IMG/VR virus record: IMGVR_UViG_3300005764_000079
Coordinates: 1-25,379 of that record
Direction: 5' to 3' (one strand)
Source of the DNA: a virus
Lineage: Duplodnaviria > Caudoviricetes
Length of the DNA: 25,379 bases
Part shown: in pieces, positions 7,483 to 14,765 of the stretch
Position numbering within the stretch: position 1 is the first letter of the stretch
Layout: each line of letters opens with the position of its first letter
Program-made: the position numbers and the translations under genes
Notes under the pieces: model-generated
The model's input: only the letters and a program-made list of their open reading frames with translations
Told to the model about the DNA's origin: nothing
The model's database searches: none

Positions 7483-10400
7483 TCAACTCGGATTCACTGC
7501 GAGGTCTTCCTTGGGAGGAGCTGTCGAAGTGGATTTCGGAGCACGAGCAGCTGGCGGACCAGACGGCGTCCCTGCGCGACCAGGAACTCCAGCCGCTCCT
7601 CTGTTCTCTCTGTTCATCGGAATGGTCCTGTTAGTCTCGGTTCTCGAGAACCCTCCAGTTCCACTCACAGACACCGACGTGTTCGCTGGAGCACTTACGT
7701 CGGCTATCAATGATCCCCCAGATGACACCTTGACCGTCCTCACCGCCTTCGCCGCCGAGGCCGCGTCTACCGTCGCTCGATCAGCTGCAGAATTCACGTT
7801 GGTCGCAGTCGTGACTTTGTTCGCTGCTGCCCTCGCGGCCGCCCTCGCTGCGATGGCCTCGACCTGTCCCATGTGTCTCACTCCGGAGACTTCCTGATCT
7901 CCTGTCACTCCGGGAGCGCCGACGATGTGATAGTCGAGGTTCGGATATTCCTTGCGAAGCTTGTCGGCAGTGTATCCACCTGCCGAGAAGCCGAGCATGC
8001 CGGCGACTCCTCCCTTGGACAGGCGAGCTCGCGCTGCCTCGATCTGTTGCTTCTTGTTGTCGCCGGAGACGTCGATGACCTCCAGCTTGTAACCATTCGC
8101 CTCGGCGTACTTCCTCGCCGACGCCTCCACCGAGGACACTGATGTGTCCTTGTATCTCGACTCCATTCCGTGGAGGAACAGCATGGTCTTCTGAGGACCA
8201 GTTGCGGTCGCTGGAGTAGCGCCTGCTGAGGTGGCTCCCGAGTTGGCTGGGGGCGCGTGAGCGTTCTGGAGCTTGATCTCATCGGCCAATGCGTTGCGAC
8301 CGTTCTCGATCATCTGGATGTGAGGAGGATCGCCGCCGATGCCGGTTATTCCGAACTCTGTGTGTCGTCGCAGCCAATCCGCGGTTGACACGCGGAAGTC
8401 GCCGGCCTTGCTGAACTCGTGCCTGGAATGACCCGGACGAGCAGCTGCGCTCGGGCGATTGTACCCTGGAGCAGTTGGAGCGACACCGATGTGTCGTTCC
8501 CAGACGTCTCTCTGAGAGGTGTGCGGAGACATTCCCAAGTCAGTGGCTTCCTTCCGCTCCGTCGGGCGATAGCCGGAAGTCATCTCGAAATCTTTTTTTA
8601 CTGAGTCCGGCGCCGCGCGATAGGCTTGGTTCAGGCGGGCCAGATACTCGGCGTCCATCATCTTCCAGTTCACATCGGACGCCACCTTGAACTCTGGCTT
8701 GATGCCGGCGGCTCCAGCAGTCTGCCTGCCGGTCAACGGGTTCTTGTCGAAATACTTGAACCCGTTGTTGTTGTTCTGACCATCGGTGCGAGCAGTCTGA
8801 GGCCCACCTCCTCCTCCTGCTCCTGCCCCGGTCCCTGGACCAGGACCCGGATCTCTCCTGGCGGGAGGACCAGACGGGCCTCCAGCGAGGCCTGGAATTC
8901 CAGCACCTCCAGTGCTGTACGGTCCGGCAGCCCTGCTGGCAGGAGGACCAGATTGTGCTCCGGGAAGACCCTGGACGCCGGCGGCTCCACCCCACGAGGT
9001 CAACGCCGCTGGTCTCTGAGCAGGCGGACCGGACTGCGTTCCGGCCATGCCTGGAACTCCACCAGCTCCACCGAGAGTGCTCGGAGTTGGACCCAGAGGA
9101 CTTGGAGTTGGACCAGTTGGGCCTGGGCCTGGACCTGGGCCTGGGCCTGGACCACCAGGACCTGCTCCTCCGCCTCCTCCTCCTCCTCCGCCTCCGCCTC
9201 CTGAACCTGGACCCCAACCTCCACCACCTGCGTCGCCGTAACCAACCAACATTCCTCCAGCGAAGCCCCTGAACCTGAGGTCACCTTCAGAAAGAAGTTT
9301 GAAATATTCATTCAGTATCTTCACCTGCTTGGTGTTCTCATTCAAGTCCTTCAGATATTCGTCCCTGACATTGGAGAGAGACGAAACAATTCTCTCTCCC
9401 CTCCTGTCCTCAATGTTCTTCGACAATGGACCGTCGCTCGGAAACAACTTATTGGTGAACCCACCTCCTCCACCTCCACCTCCAAAATCTTCTGGGAGGT
9501 CTGCGAATTTCATGGGAGCTGTCGCGGGAGCTTCTTGAGCTGAAGAACCTCCACCCAAGATGCTCTTCCAAAAATCCTTCGCCCGACTTCCTTGCTCTCC
9601 AACGCTGGGCTCGTTCGGGCTCGGAGACCAAGGAGTCTCCCTGGCTGGAGCCGTCATACTTGGAATGTTCTTGCTGTTGTGAAACGCGTTGTATATGTCA
9701 TTGGCCAGTGAGATCGCACTCGCCCCTGGAGTCACTAACCTCACGATGAGCTTGGCGAACGGAGAGTTTCCAATCGCATTCCAGTTGACGTTGATCTCGT
9801 GCATTATGGAATTCGCCAACTGAAGTCCGTGAACGATCACGCCGTCCGAGGCCAAGGCGCTCGTCATGATGTTCTCGTAAATCCTCTCCCACTCCTTCCC
9901 GATCTCGAAGGTCACTTCCCTGAACTCCTGGGTCGCCTTCTGCTGATCCTTGAACCTCTTCGAGAGAGCCTCGGTGAACTCCTTGATGTTCTTGATGTTC
10001 GCCATCTCGGGATTGACGCGCCACTGATTCAAGAACCTGGCTTGAGCGGCGGCTCCCTTCTCCTCGGTTCCTCCCTTCTGGGCCATTATGTTGGCCTTCA
10101 CGTTCTGACTCTGCCTGAGAATTTCACCGAGCTTGGCAGACTCGGTCTGCTGAGCCTGAACCTTCCTGATCGCGTCGAGCATGACAGGTCCGTAGGCCTG
10201 AGCTGCCTGGACCATCTCGGTCAGCCTTCCCGTGTCTGGACGAGAAATCTCGTCGAGCGTCTGGACCATCCCGGTGAGGCTCGAGGCGACTGTCGCGGCG
10301 GACACCCCGATCTTGTCGTACTGCTCGGTGAGGCTCTTGAACTCGGCTGGGTCCATGCCGATCGTCTTCGCGACGTTGGAAATCTCCTGAATCTTCGAGG

Positions 10401-10698
10401 CGAACTCACTGAGGTTCTTCAGGCCGAACGCGATGGTCGCTGCTGCGCTGGCCATACCGGCTCCGGCCAATCCAAACTTGCCGATGAACTTGTTGAGACC
10501 CTCCACGCCCTTGGTCGCCTCGAGGGCCAGCTCCTTCAGCCTCTTCCCCATCTCGTCGTGTTCGGCCTTGGACTTGGCGAAGATGGAATTGGCTGCTGTA
10601 CCGAGTCCCCTGAACTCATCGCGCAGCCTCGCGATCCCCGCCGAAGCTTGGTCGTCGAGGGTGATGCGAAGCTGCAACTGTTGGACGTCAGTGGGCAA
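7483..10698 (-). CDS. Tape-measure-like protein 1 (1071 aa) with Gly/Pro-rich linker, putative M15 peptidase and alpha/beta-hydrolase domains
   Basis: TTG start with GGGAG upstream, directly after the chaperone genes; N-terminus LQLRITLDDQASAGI. SGYR / PG.SRH......D / DPPH motifs followed by LFLHG / GFSAGG motifs. Confidence 0.82.
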   Translation of the reverse strand: MPTDVQQLQLRITLDDQASAGIARLRDEFRGLGTAANSIFAKSKAEHDEMGKRLKELALEATKGVEGLNKFIGKFGLAGAGMASAAATIAFGLKNLSEFASKIQEISNVAKTIGMDPAEFKSLTEQYDKIGVSAATVASSLTGMVQTLDEISRPDTGRLTEMVQAAQAYGPVMLDAIRKVQAQQTESAKLGEILRQSQNVKANIMAQKGGTEEKGAAAQARFLNQWRVNPEMANIKNIKEFTEALSKRFKDQQKATQEFREVTFEIGKEWERIYENIMTSALASDGVIVHGLQLANSIMHEINVNWNAIGNSPFAKLIVRLVTPGASAISLANDIYNAFHNSKNIPSMTAPARETPWSPSPNEPSVGEQGSRAKDFWKSILGGGSSAQEAPATAPMKFADLPEDFGGGGGGGGFTNKLFPSDGPLSKNIEDRRGERIVSSLSNVRDEYLKDLNENTKQVKILNEYFKLLSEGDLRFRGFAGGMLVGYGDAGGGGWGPGSGGGGGGGGGGGGAGPGGPGPGPGPGPGPTGPTPSPLGPTPSTLGGAGGVPGMAGTQSGPPAQRPAALTSWGGAAGVQGLPGAQSGPPASRAAGPYSTGGAGIPGLAGGPSGPPARRDPGPGPGTGAGAGGGGGPQTARTDGQNNNNGFKYFDKNPLTGRQTAGAAGIKPEFKVASDVNWKMMDAEYLARLNQAYRAAPDSVKKDFEMTSGYRPTERKEATDLGMSPHTSQRDVWERHIGVAPTAPGYNRPSAAARPGHSRHEFSKAGDFRVSTADWLRRHTEFGITGIGGDPPHIQMIENGRNALADEIKLQNAHAPPANSGATSAGATPATATGPQKTMLFLHGMESRYKDTSVSSVEASARKYAEANGYKLEVIDVSGDNKKQQIEAARARLSKGGVAGMLGFSAGGYTADKLRKEYPNLDYHIVGAPGVTGDQEVSGVRHMGQVEAIAARAAARAAANKVTTATNVNSAADRATVDAASAAKAVRTVKVSSGGSLIADVSAPANTSVSVSGTGGFSRTETNRTIPMNRENRGAAGVPGRAGTPSGPPAARAPKSTSTAPPKEDLAVNPS
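9105..9228 (-). repeat. Poly-Gly and (Gly-Pro)n coding microsatellites
   Basis: (CCT)n/CCTCCG runs and tandem CCTGGG/CCTGGA hexamers on the + strand. Confidence 0.85.
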
Positions 10699-10699
10699 C

Positions 10700-10893
10700 T
10701 CAGTCTCCCGAGTCTCGCTTGCGCTGGCGCTCGAGCTGGGCGGTCCTTCTCAGGTGCATCTGAACCTCGCTGATCGGCATGTCGAGGAACAGGCGAGGGT
10801 CGAGATGGTAGTAGCTGGCGAGTCGGTAGCAGTCGATGACCATGCTGTCATCGATGACAGGGTTCACCACGCCCGAAGATCTGGTAAAAAAAA
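10700..10893 (-). CDS. Tail assembly chaperone -1 frameshift extension (lambda T / P2 E'-like)
   Basis: The -1 frame is open from the slippery site: FFTRSSGVVNPVIDDSMVIDCYRLASYYHLDPRLFLDMPISEVQMHLRRTAQLERQRKRDSGD. The A..YH..P.....M...E pattern resembles P2 E'; the frame ends 1 nt before the tape-measure start. Confidence 0.8.
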
Positions 10894-11370
10894 TTTTCTG
10901 AGACGATATGCGCAGCTGTTCCAGTCCCGCGGGTCCATCATCTCGAGGAGCGGCGGGAGCACGCCGCAGAGTGCCCCCATGATGTAGGTCATCTTGCGTT
11001 CCTCGATGATGATCTCTCCGTCCCACAGCATGCGAGTCGGATTGCCGATGCGATTGATCTCGCCGGCCCTCGGCTCGCGGAAGGTGAGACTGGTGATCTC
11101 ATCTCCCTTCTCGTTGCGAATTGGCTTGTAGAGGAGCTGGACCGTGATGGGCCACTCTTCCGCGCTCTCGGCGATCTCCTTCCTCAGCACGTCCGCCTCG
11201 CTGAGAACCGGCTCGGGGGTCGGCTGCTCGCTCTTGAGCTGAGTCGGCAGTGGCTGCTGCGGAGGATTGGTCTGGAGGTTATTGGTCTGGAGAGGAGGTT
11301 CTGGTGCGTTCTGAGGTTGAAAGCCCTCTCTCATCTTCACTCCGTTGCCCGTTCTGACTTGTTCGTTCAT
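10864..11370 (-). CDS. Tail assembly chaperone (Mu gp41 / P2 E-like, 168 aa)
   Basis: L.KPI....EITSLTFREP.AG, ALCGV.P..LE.MDPRDW......FF; between tube and tape measure; GGGAG RBS; Pro/Gln-rich N-terminal extension. Confidence 0.88.
   Translation of the reverse strand: MNEQVRTGNGVKMREGFQPQNAPEPPLQTNNLQTNPPQQPLPTQLKSEQPTPEPVLSEADVLRKEIAESAEEWPITVQLLYKPIRNEKGDEITSLTFREPRAGEINRIGNPTRMLWDGEIIIEERKMTYIMGALCGVLPPLLEMMDPRDWNSCAYRLRKFFLPDLRAW
10885..10897 (-). promoter_or_regulatory. Programmed -1 ribosomal frameshift site (AAA TTT TTT TTA)
   Basis: T8 run in GC-rich DNA, in-frame X XXY YYZ heptamer (T TTT TTA), a few codons before the chaperone stop. Confidence 0.82.
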
Positions 11371-11385
11371 TTTCTTCTCCCGTGT

Positions 11386-11787
11386 TTACGCACTGCTTCC
11401 GGCCTTCCCCGTGCTGCTGGAGATCGGGAGGTGCTCGTTGCACGCGAGCCCCTCCCACCTGACGTGCACGATGCCGTCCCGAGTGTTGTCCTCGAGGGAG
11501 CCCTTGCATATGCCTCCCGTGAGCGTGTAGACCAAGCCGTTCGCCAGCTGGGCCACCACGGTCACGTTGACCTGGCGCTCGAGTTCCTCGATGAGCATCT
11601 CGGGGATCGTGGTGAGGTCACCCTCGATGAAGGGGACGCGCGGCGTCTCGTGGTATCCACAGACGCCGTCCTGTCCTGCGACCATCGTCCGCTCCACGAA
11701 GGATGGGCTGACGACGAAGTTTCCGCGGAGAGCCCACTGGATCCCGTTGACCGTGAGGTAGGCCGTCCCGGCGATCTTCCTTGCCAT
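11386..11787 (-). CDS. Tail tube protein paralog 2 (Mu gpM-like, 133 aa)
   Basis: IAGTAYLTVNG, ERT..AGQDGV.GY.E.PRVP.IEGD, VVAQLANG..Y.L, DG...VRWEG; own GAGG RBS; about 71% identical to the upstream tube gene (84/118, hand count). Confidence 0.92.
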   Translation of the reverse strand: MARKIAGTAYLTVNGIQWALRGNFVVSPSFVERTMVAGQDGVCGYHETPRVPFIEGDLTTIPEMLIEELERQVNVTVVAQLANGLVYTLTGGICKGSLEDNTRDGIVHVRWEGLACNEHLPISSSTGKAGSSA

Positions 11788-11796
11788 GAGACCCCT

Positions 11797-12165
11797 CTAG
11801 GCGATGCTGATCTCCTGGCAGGCGAGACCCTCCCAGCGGACCTTGACCTGGCCGTCTCGAGTGTTCTCCTCGAGACCGGCCTTGCAGGTCCCGCCGGTGA
11901 GAGTGTACTGCATGCCGTTCGCCAGCTGGGCGACGACCGTGACGTCGGTCTCCGCCTCGAGGTCCTCGAGGAGGAGACCGGGGACGGTCGAGAGGTCGCC
12001 CTCGATGTAGGGGACGCGGGGCAGCTCCTGATACCCGTGAACCCCGTCCTGCCCAGCGATCATGGTTCGCTCAACGGCGCTTGGGCTTACCGTGAAGTTG
12101 CCGCGGAGGGCCAACTGTGTGCCGTCCACGGTGAGGAACGCGACTCCTGCGAAACGCTGTGCCAT
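11797..12165 (-). CDS. Tail tube protein paralog 1 (Mu gpM-like, 122 aa)
   Basis: Same motifs as paralog 2; directly after the sheath gene; strong AAGGAG RBS. Confidence 0.94.
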   Translation of the reverse strand: MAQRFAGVAFLTVDGTQLALRGNFTVSPSAVERTMIAGQDGVHGYQELPRVPYIEGDLSTVPGLLLEDLEAETDVTVVAQLANGMQYTLTGGTCKAGLEENTRDGQVKVRWEGLACQEISIA

Positions 12166-12194
12166 TGTCCTGTCTCCTTTCTAGCAGGGCGATC

Positions 12195-13784
12195 TCACTG
12201 CGGAGTGCCCGCAGCAGCGTTGTACGGAGGCGGCGCCTGACCGATGATCTCGAGGTCGATGCCGCGATCGTACTGGAGCCGAAACTGAGCCAGCACGGCG
12301 AAGATCCGCAACTGGTTGATCAGGTCCGGCGGGTAGAGCACGTTGACCCTGTTCGGGTCATTGGGATCGCGCTCGACGATCAGGTTGGCCTTGAACGCCT
12401 TGAGGTTCTCGACCAGACCGTTCCACATGTCCATCTGGTACTCGTTGACCAGCTCCGCCTTGATGATGCCCGGCGTGACGATCGCCTGGCCCGGACCGAA
12501 CTTGGTCCCGTCGTCGGCGAGCTTGTGGCGCGGGAACTTCGAGGTGATCGCGTGCTTCTGGTTGCGAAGCAGCTTCGCCAGGGTGGCCAGCGTGGTCACC
12601 AGCTCGTACGCGTCGTCCGGCGCGCCCCAGAGGTTGAGCTGGTAGGTGGTCTGCTCCCGGAGGATCATCGGCTGGTTGTCACTGCCGACCTCCTGGATCG
12701 CGATCCCGTTGCTCGCCAGGCTGTTGAGCTCGGGGAAGTCGAAGCGGTCCTGGACCGGACAGCCCTTGATGTTGTTGAGGGCCAAGGTCTGGAGCGGGCG
12801 AGCAGCGTCGTTGATCAGGGCTCGCTGGGCCTTGGCGGCGTAGGCTGCCGCGCACTCGAACATCGGGCTCGGGGTCGTGGTCTCGAAGCCCATGATCGAC
12901 TCTACGCCGCTGTTCTGGCCGTCGCCGAAGAGGATCAGGTCGGCGTAGGTCCCTCGCATGGCGGAGAACACGTGACCGAACTGCTGACGCTGCCACCCCC
13001 ACCGACCCTGGTCGGTGAAGCCGTACTCCTGGTCCCACGCGAACAGGCTGTTGCTGTCCGTGTACGGCATGGCGACGTACTCGAACTCCTGCTTCTGGAT
13101 GGCCGAGATCGCGTTGTCCATGAGAGGTACACCGGCTCCTCCCGTGAGAAGCCCGGTCGCCGGCAAGGTGATGCCGAGACCTGGAGGAGTGATCTCCGCT
13201 CCCCTCGATCCGTGGTAGTTCAGGGACACGGTGATCTCGTTTCCGTTGACGCCCTTGAACGTCGAGGTCAGGGTGACAGTCCCAGTCGCTGCTGCGGCGG
13301 ACACCGGAAGGGCCGGAGTTCCGTTCTCCGCGTACGAGTTGTTGATCTGGTCAGCGATCGCGGTGGCGATCTGGTCCACCGTGTCAGTGGTCATGACGTT
13401 GACCGGGATGTGGGTCCCCGCGATGTAGAGGTGGATCGTCCCAGCTCCCGTGGGGGCGGCGCCGATCACGATCGTCCCGGACGCCGCCGAGGCCCCGGCT
13501 GGCTCCGAGAGGGGGAGACCCCAGACCTCGTTGGCGAAGTTGTTGCTGTAGTACGCCTGGAACATGCGACTCAGCTCCGAGCCGGCACCGAAGTGCTGGT
13601 CCGCCTGGGCCTGGCTGCCGATCGGGATCGGAACCTCCGGGGTGGCATCGCCGTCGGTGGTCATGATGCCGACCATCAGAGCGCGCAGGTTGATGGAGGG
13701 CAGCCCGGCCATGCTCGGGTCCACTTCGACCCAGTAGAGGGGCACCTTTATGTTCGCAGGAATGTTAGAGAAACTGATGGGCAT
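12195..13784 (-). CDS. Contractile tail sheath protein (Mu gpL-like, 529 aa)
   Basis: Start ATG 13784 (GGAGG 9 nt upstream): MPISFSNIPANIKVPL. FGAGSEL..M, RWGW.RQ.FGH, ARPLQTL, KFPRHKLADDGT.FGPGQAIVTP, PPDLINQLRIFA...QFRLQY. Confidence 0.96.
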   Translation of the reverse strand: MPISFSNIPANIKVPLYWVEVDPSMAGLPSINLRALMVGIMTTDGDATPEVPIPIGSQAQADQHFGAGSELSRMFQAYYSNNFANEVWGLPLSEPAGASAASGTIVIGAAPTGAGTIHLYIAGTHIPVNVMTTDTVDQIATAIADQINNSYAENGTPALPVSAAAATGTVTLTSTFKGVNGNEITVSLNYHGSRGAEITPPGLGITLPATGLLTGGAGVPLMDNAISAIQKQEFEYVAMPYTDSNSLFAWDQEYGFTDQGRWGWQRQQFGHVFSAMRGTYADLILFGDGQNSGVESIMGFETTTPSPMFECAAAYAAKAQRALINDAARPLQTLALNNIKGCPVQDRFDFPELNSLASNGIAIQEVGSDNQPMILREQTTYQLNLWGAPDDAYELVTTLATLAKLLRNQKHAITSKFPRHKLADDGTKFGPGQAIVTPGIIKAELVNEYQMDMWNGLVENLKAFKANLIVERDPNDPNRVNVLYPPDLINQLRIFAVLAQFRLQYDRGIDLEIIGQAPPPYNAAAGTPQ

Positions 13785-13821
13785 GAGGATCATCCTCCAT
13801 TTTTGAGGGGACTATGGGTCT

Positions 13822-13849
13822 GTAGATTTGACTTCAAAGTCCAATCTAC
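13822..13849. promoter_or_regulatory. AT-rich imperfect palindrome in the intergenic gap upstream of the sheath gene
   Basis: GTAGATT-T-GACTT-CA-AAGTC-C-AATCTAC: 12 of 13 arm positions complementary. Function not determinable from sequence. Confidence 0.5.
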
Positions 13850-13859
13850 TGACTAGAAG

Positions 13860-14144
13860 TCACTCGTGCGAGCGCGAGCGCGAGTGGTGGACGGGTTCCT
13901 TCTTCTCCTCGGCCAGCTTGACCGAACCCTCCTTCAGCCGTCGCCGGGTGAAGGTGTCGTCGGGCCACTCGATCGAGCCCTCGCTGCGGAAGCCTCCGGC
14001 CGAGGGATGCTTCAGCAGGCGCCGCATGTCGTCGTCGCGCGGCTCGACGCGGATGCCTGGACGCTTCTTCATGTTGTTGACCCTGGCGAGATTGGCCTTG
14101 GCCTGCTCGCTCTGGGTCGGAGTCTTCGCCACTACGTTGACCAT
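13860..14144 (-). CDS. DUF2635-like small tail protein (Mu gp38-like, 94 aa)
   Basis: HP......G...WPDD.F..RRL.EGSV motif; typical position just upstream of a Mu-type sheath; AAGGAG RBS. Confidence 0.75.
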   Translation of the reverse strand: MVNVVAKTPTQSEQAKANLARVNNMKKRPGIRVEPRDDDMRRLLKHPSAGGFRSEGSIEWPDDTFTRRRLKEGSVKLAEEKKEPVHHSRSRSHE

Positions 14145-14147
14145 GAC

Positions 14148-14765
14148 CTAGCTCCTTCTCGCCGCTCTCAACGTGTCCAGCATGTACTTGATAGTGACAG
14201 GCTGGACCTGCGATGGATCGGCGTTATTGAGAGCCACGGTAACGTCGATCTCGTTCAGGTCGTCCGGGATGTCGGGGTACCACTCGCTGCGGGACACGCA
14301 GTTGACCTCGTACTGGCACTCGAACCACGGGGTCTCGTTGGTGGACGTCGGCGCTCCCGGGACGTGTCTCCTCGATCCCCTCACCACTCCCTCTATGCCA
14401 ACGCCCTCTGGGTTGGAGTTGTGGAGCACGTTCATCAACTTGACGTCGGTCCAGAGGAGGGACATCACCTTGAGGAACGACTGGTCGACCAGGTGCTCCA
14501 CGGTGTCAGGGTCGTTGGCGGACTGGATGATAGAGAAGCCGATGCGAGCTGCGTGGATGAACCTGACGCACCCGATCCCCGGGTCCCCGTCTGGAGTCAT
14601 GATCTCCTCGGCGAGGTAGATGCCCATGAAGGGGAGGAGGTTCGTCTGGACCGGCAGCATCTTGTTCCTGCGAAACGTCCACCCAGAGAAGTACGGGCTC
14701 GCCGATACGATGTTGTACATCGCGTCCCTGATGTCGATGGCACTGCTCTGGGTCTCGGTGATCAC
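14148..14765 (-). CDS. Putative tail terminator/completion protein (205 aa)
   Basis: GTG 14765 overlaps the upstream TGA. IRDA......., LLP..GIY...E pattern and position between neck and sheath; the function call rests mainly on synteny. Confidence 0.6.
   Translation of the reverse strand: MITETQSSAIDIRDAMYNIVSASPYFSGWTFRRNKMLPVQTNLLPFMGIYLAEEIMTPDGDPGIGCVRFIHAARIGFSIIQSANDPDTVEHLVDQSFLKVMSLLWTDVKLMNVLHNSNPEGVGIEGVVRGSRRHVPGAPTSTNETPWFECQYEVNCVSRSEWYPDIPDDLNEIDVTVALNNADPSQVQPVTIKYMLDTLRAARRS

Noticed and set aside
5951-9241. Poly-Pro and LHLHL ORFs on the plus strand (5951-6295, 5991-6251, 9047-9241)
   Set aside because: They are reverse complements of the poly-Gly linkers.
10894-11026. N-terminal part of the 108-aa ORF 10700-11026
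   Set aside because: It overlaps the chaperone gene; only the part after the T8 slippery site looks protein-like, and it is explained by frameshifting.
11386-12165. Tube duplication as an assembly artefact
   Set aside because: The copies differ at 34 of 118 residues and at many synonymous sites, and have different C-termini.
215-13784. Interpretation as a tailocin or extracellular contractile injection system because of two tube genes and enzyme cargo
   Set aside because: Intact portal, protease-capsid and head-tail connector genes are in the same operon, the parts are Mu-type, and no Afp15-like ATPase is seen.
13822-13849. Resemblance of GTAGAT/ATCTAC to a Cas12a repeat stem
   Set aside because: The arms are in the opposite order, there is a single copy, and there are no spacers or cas genes.
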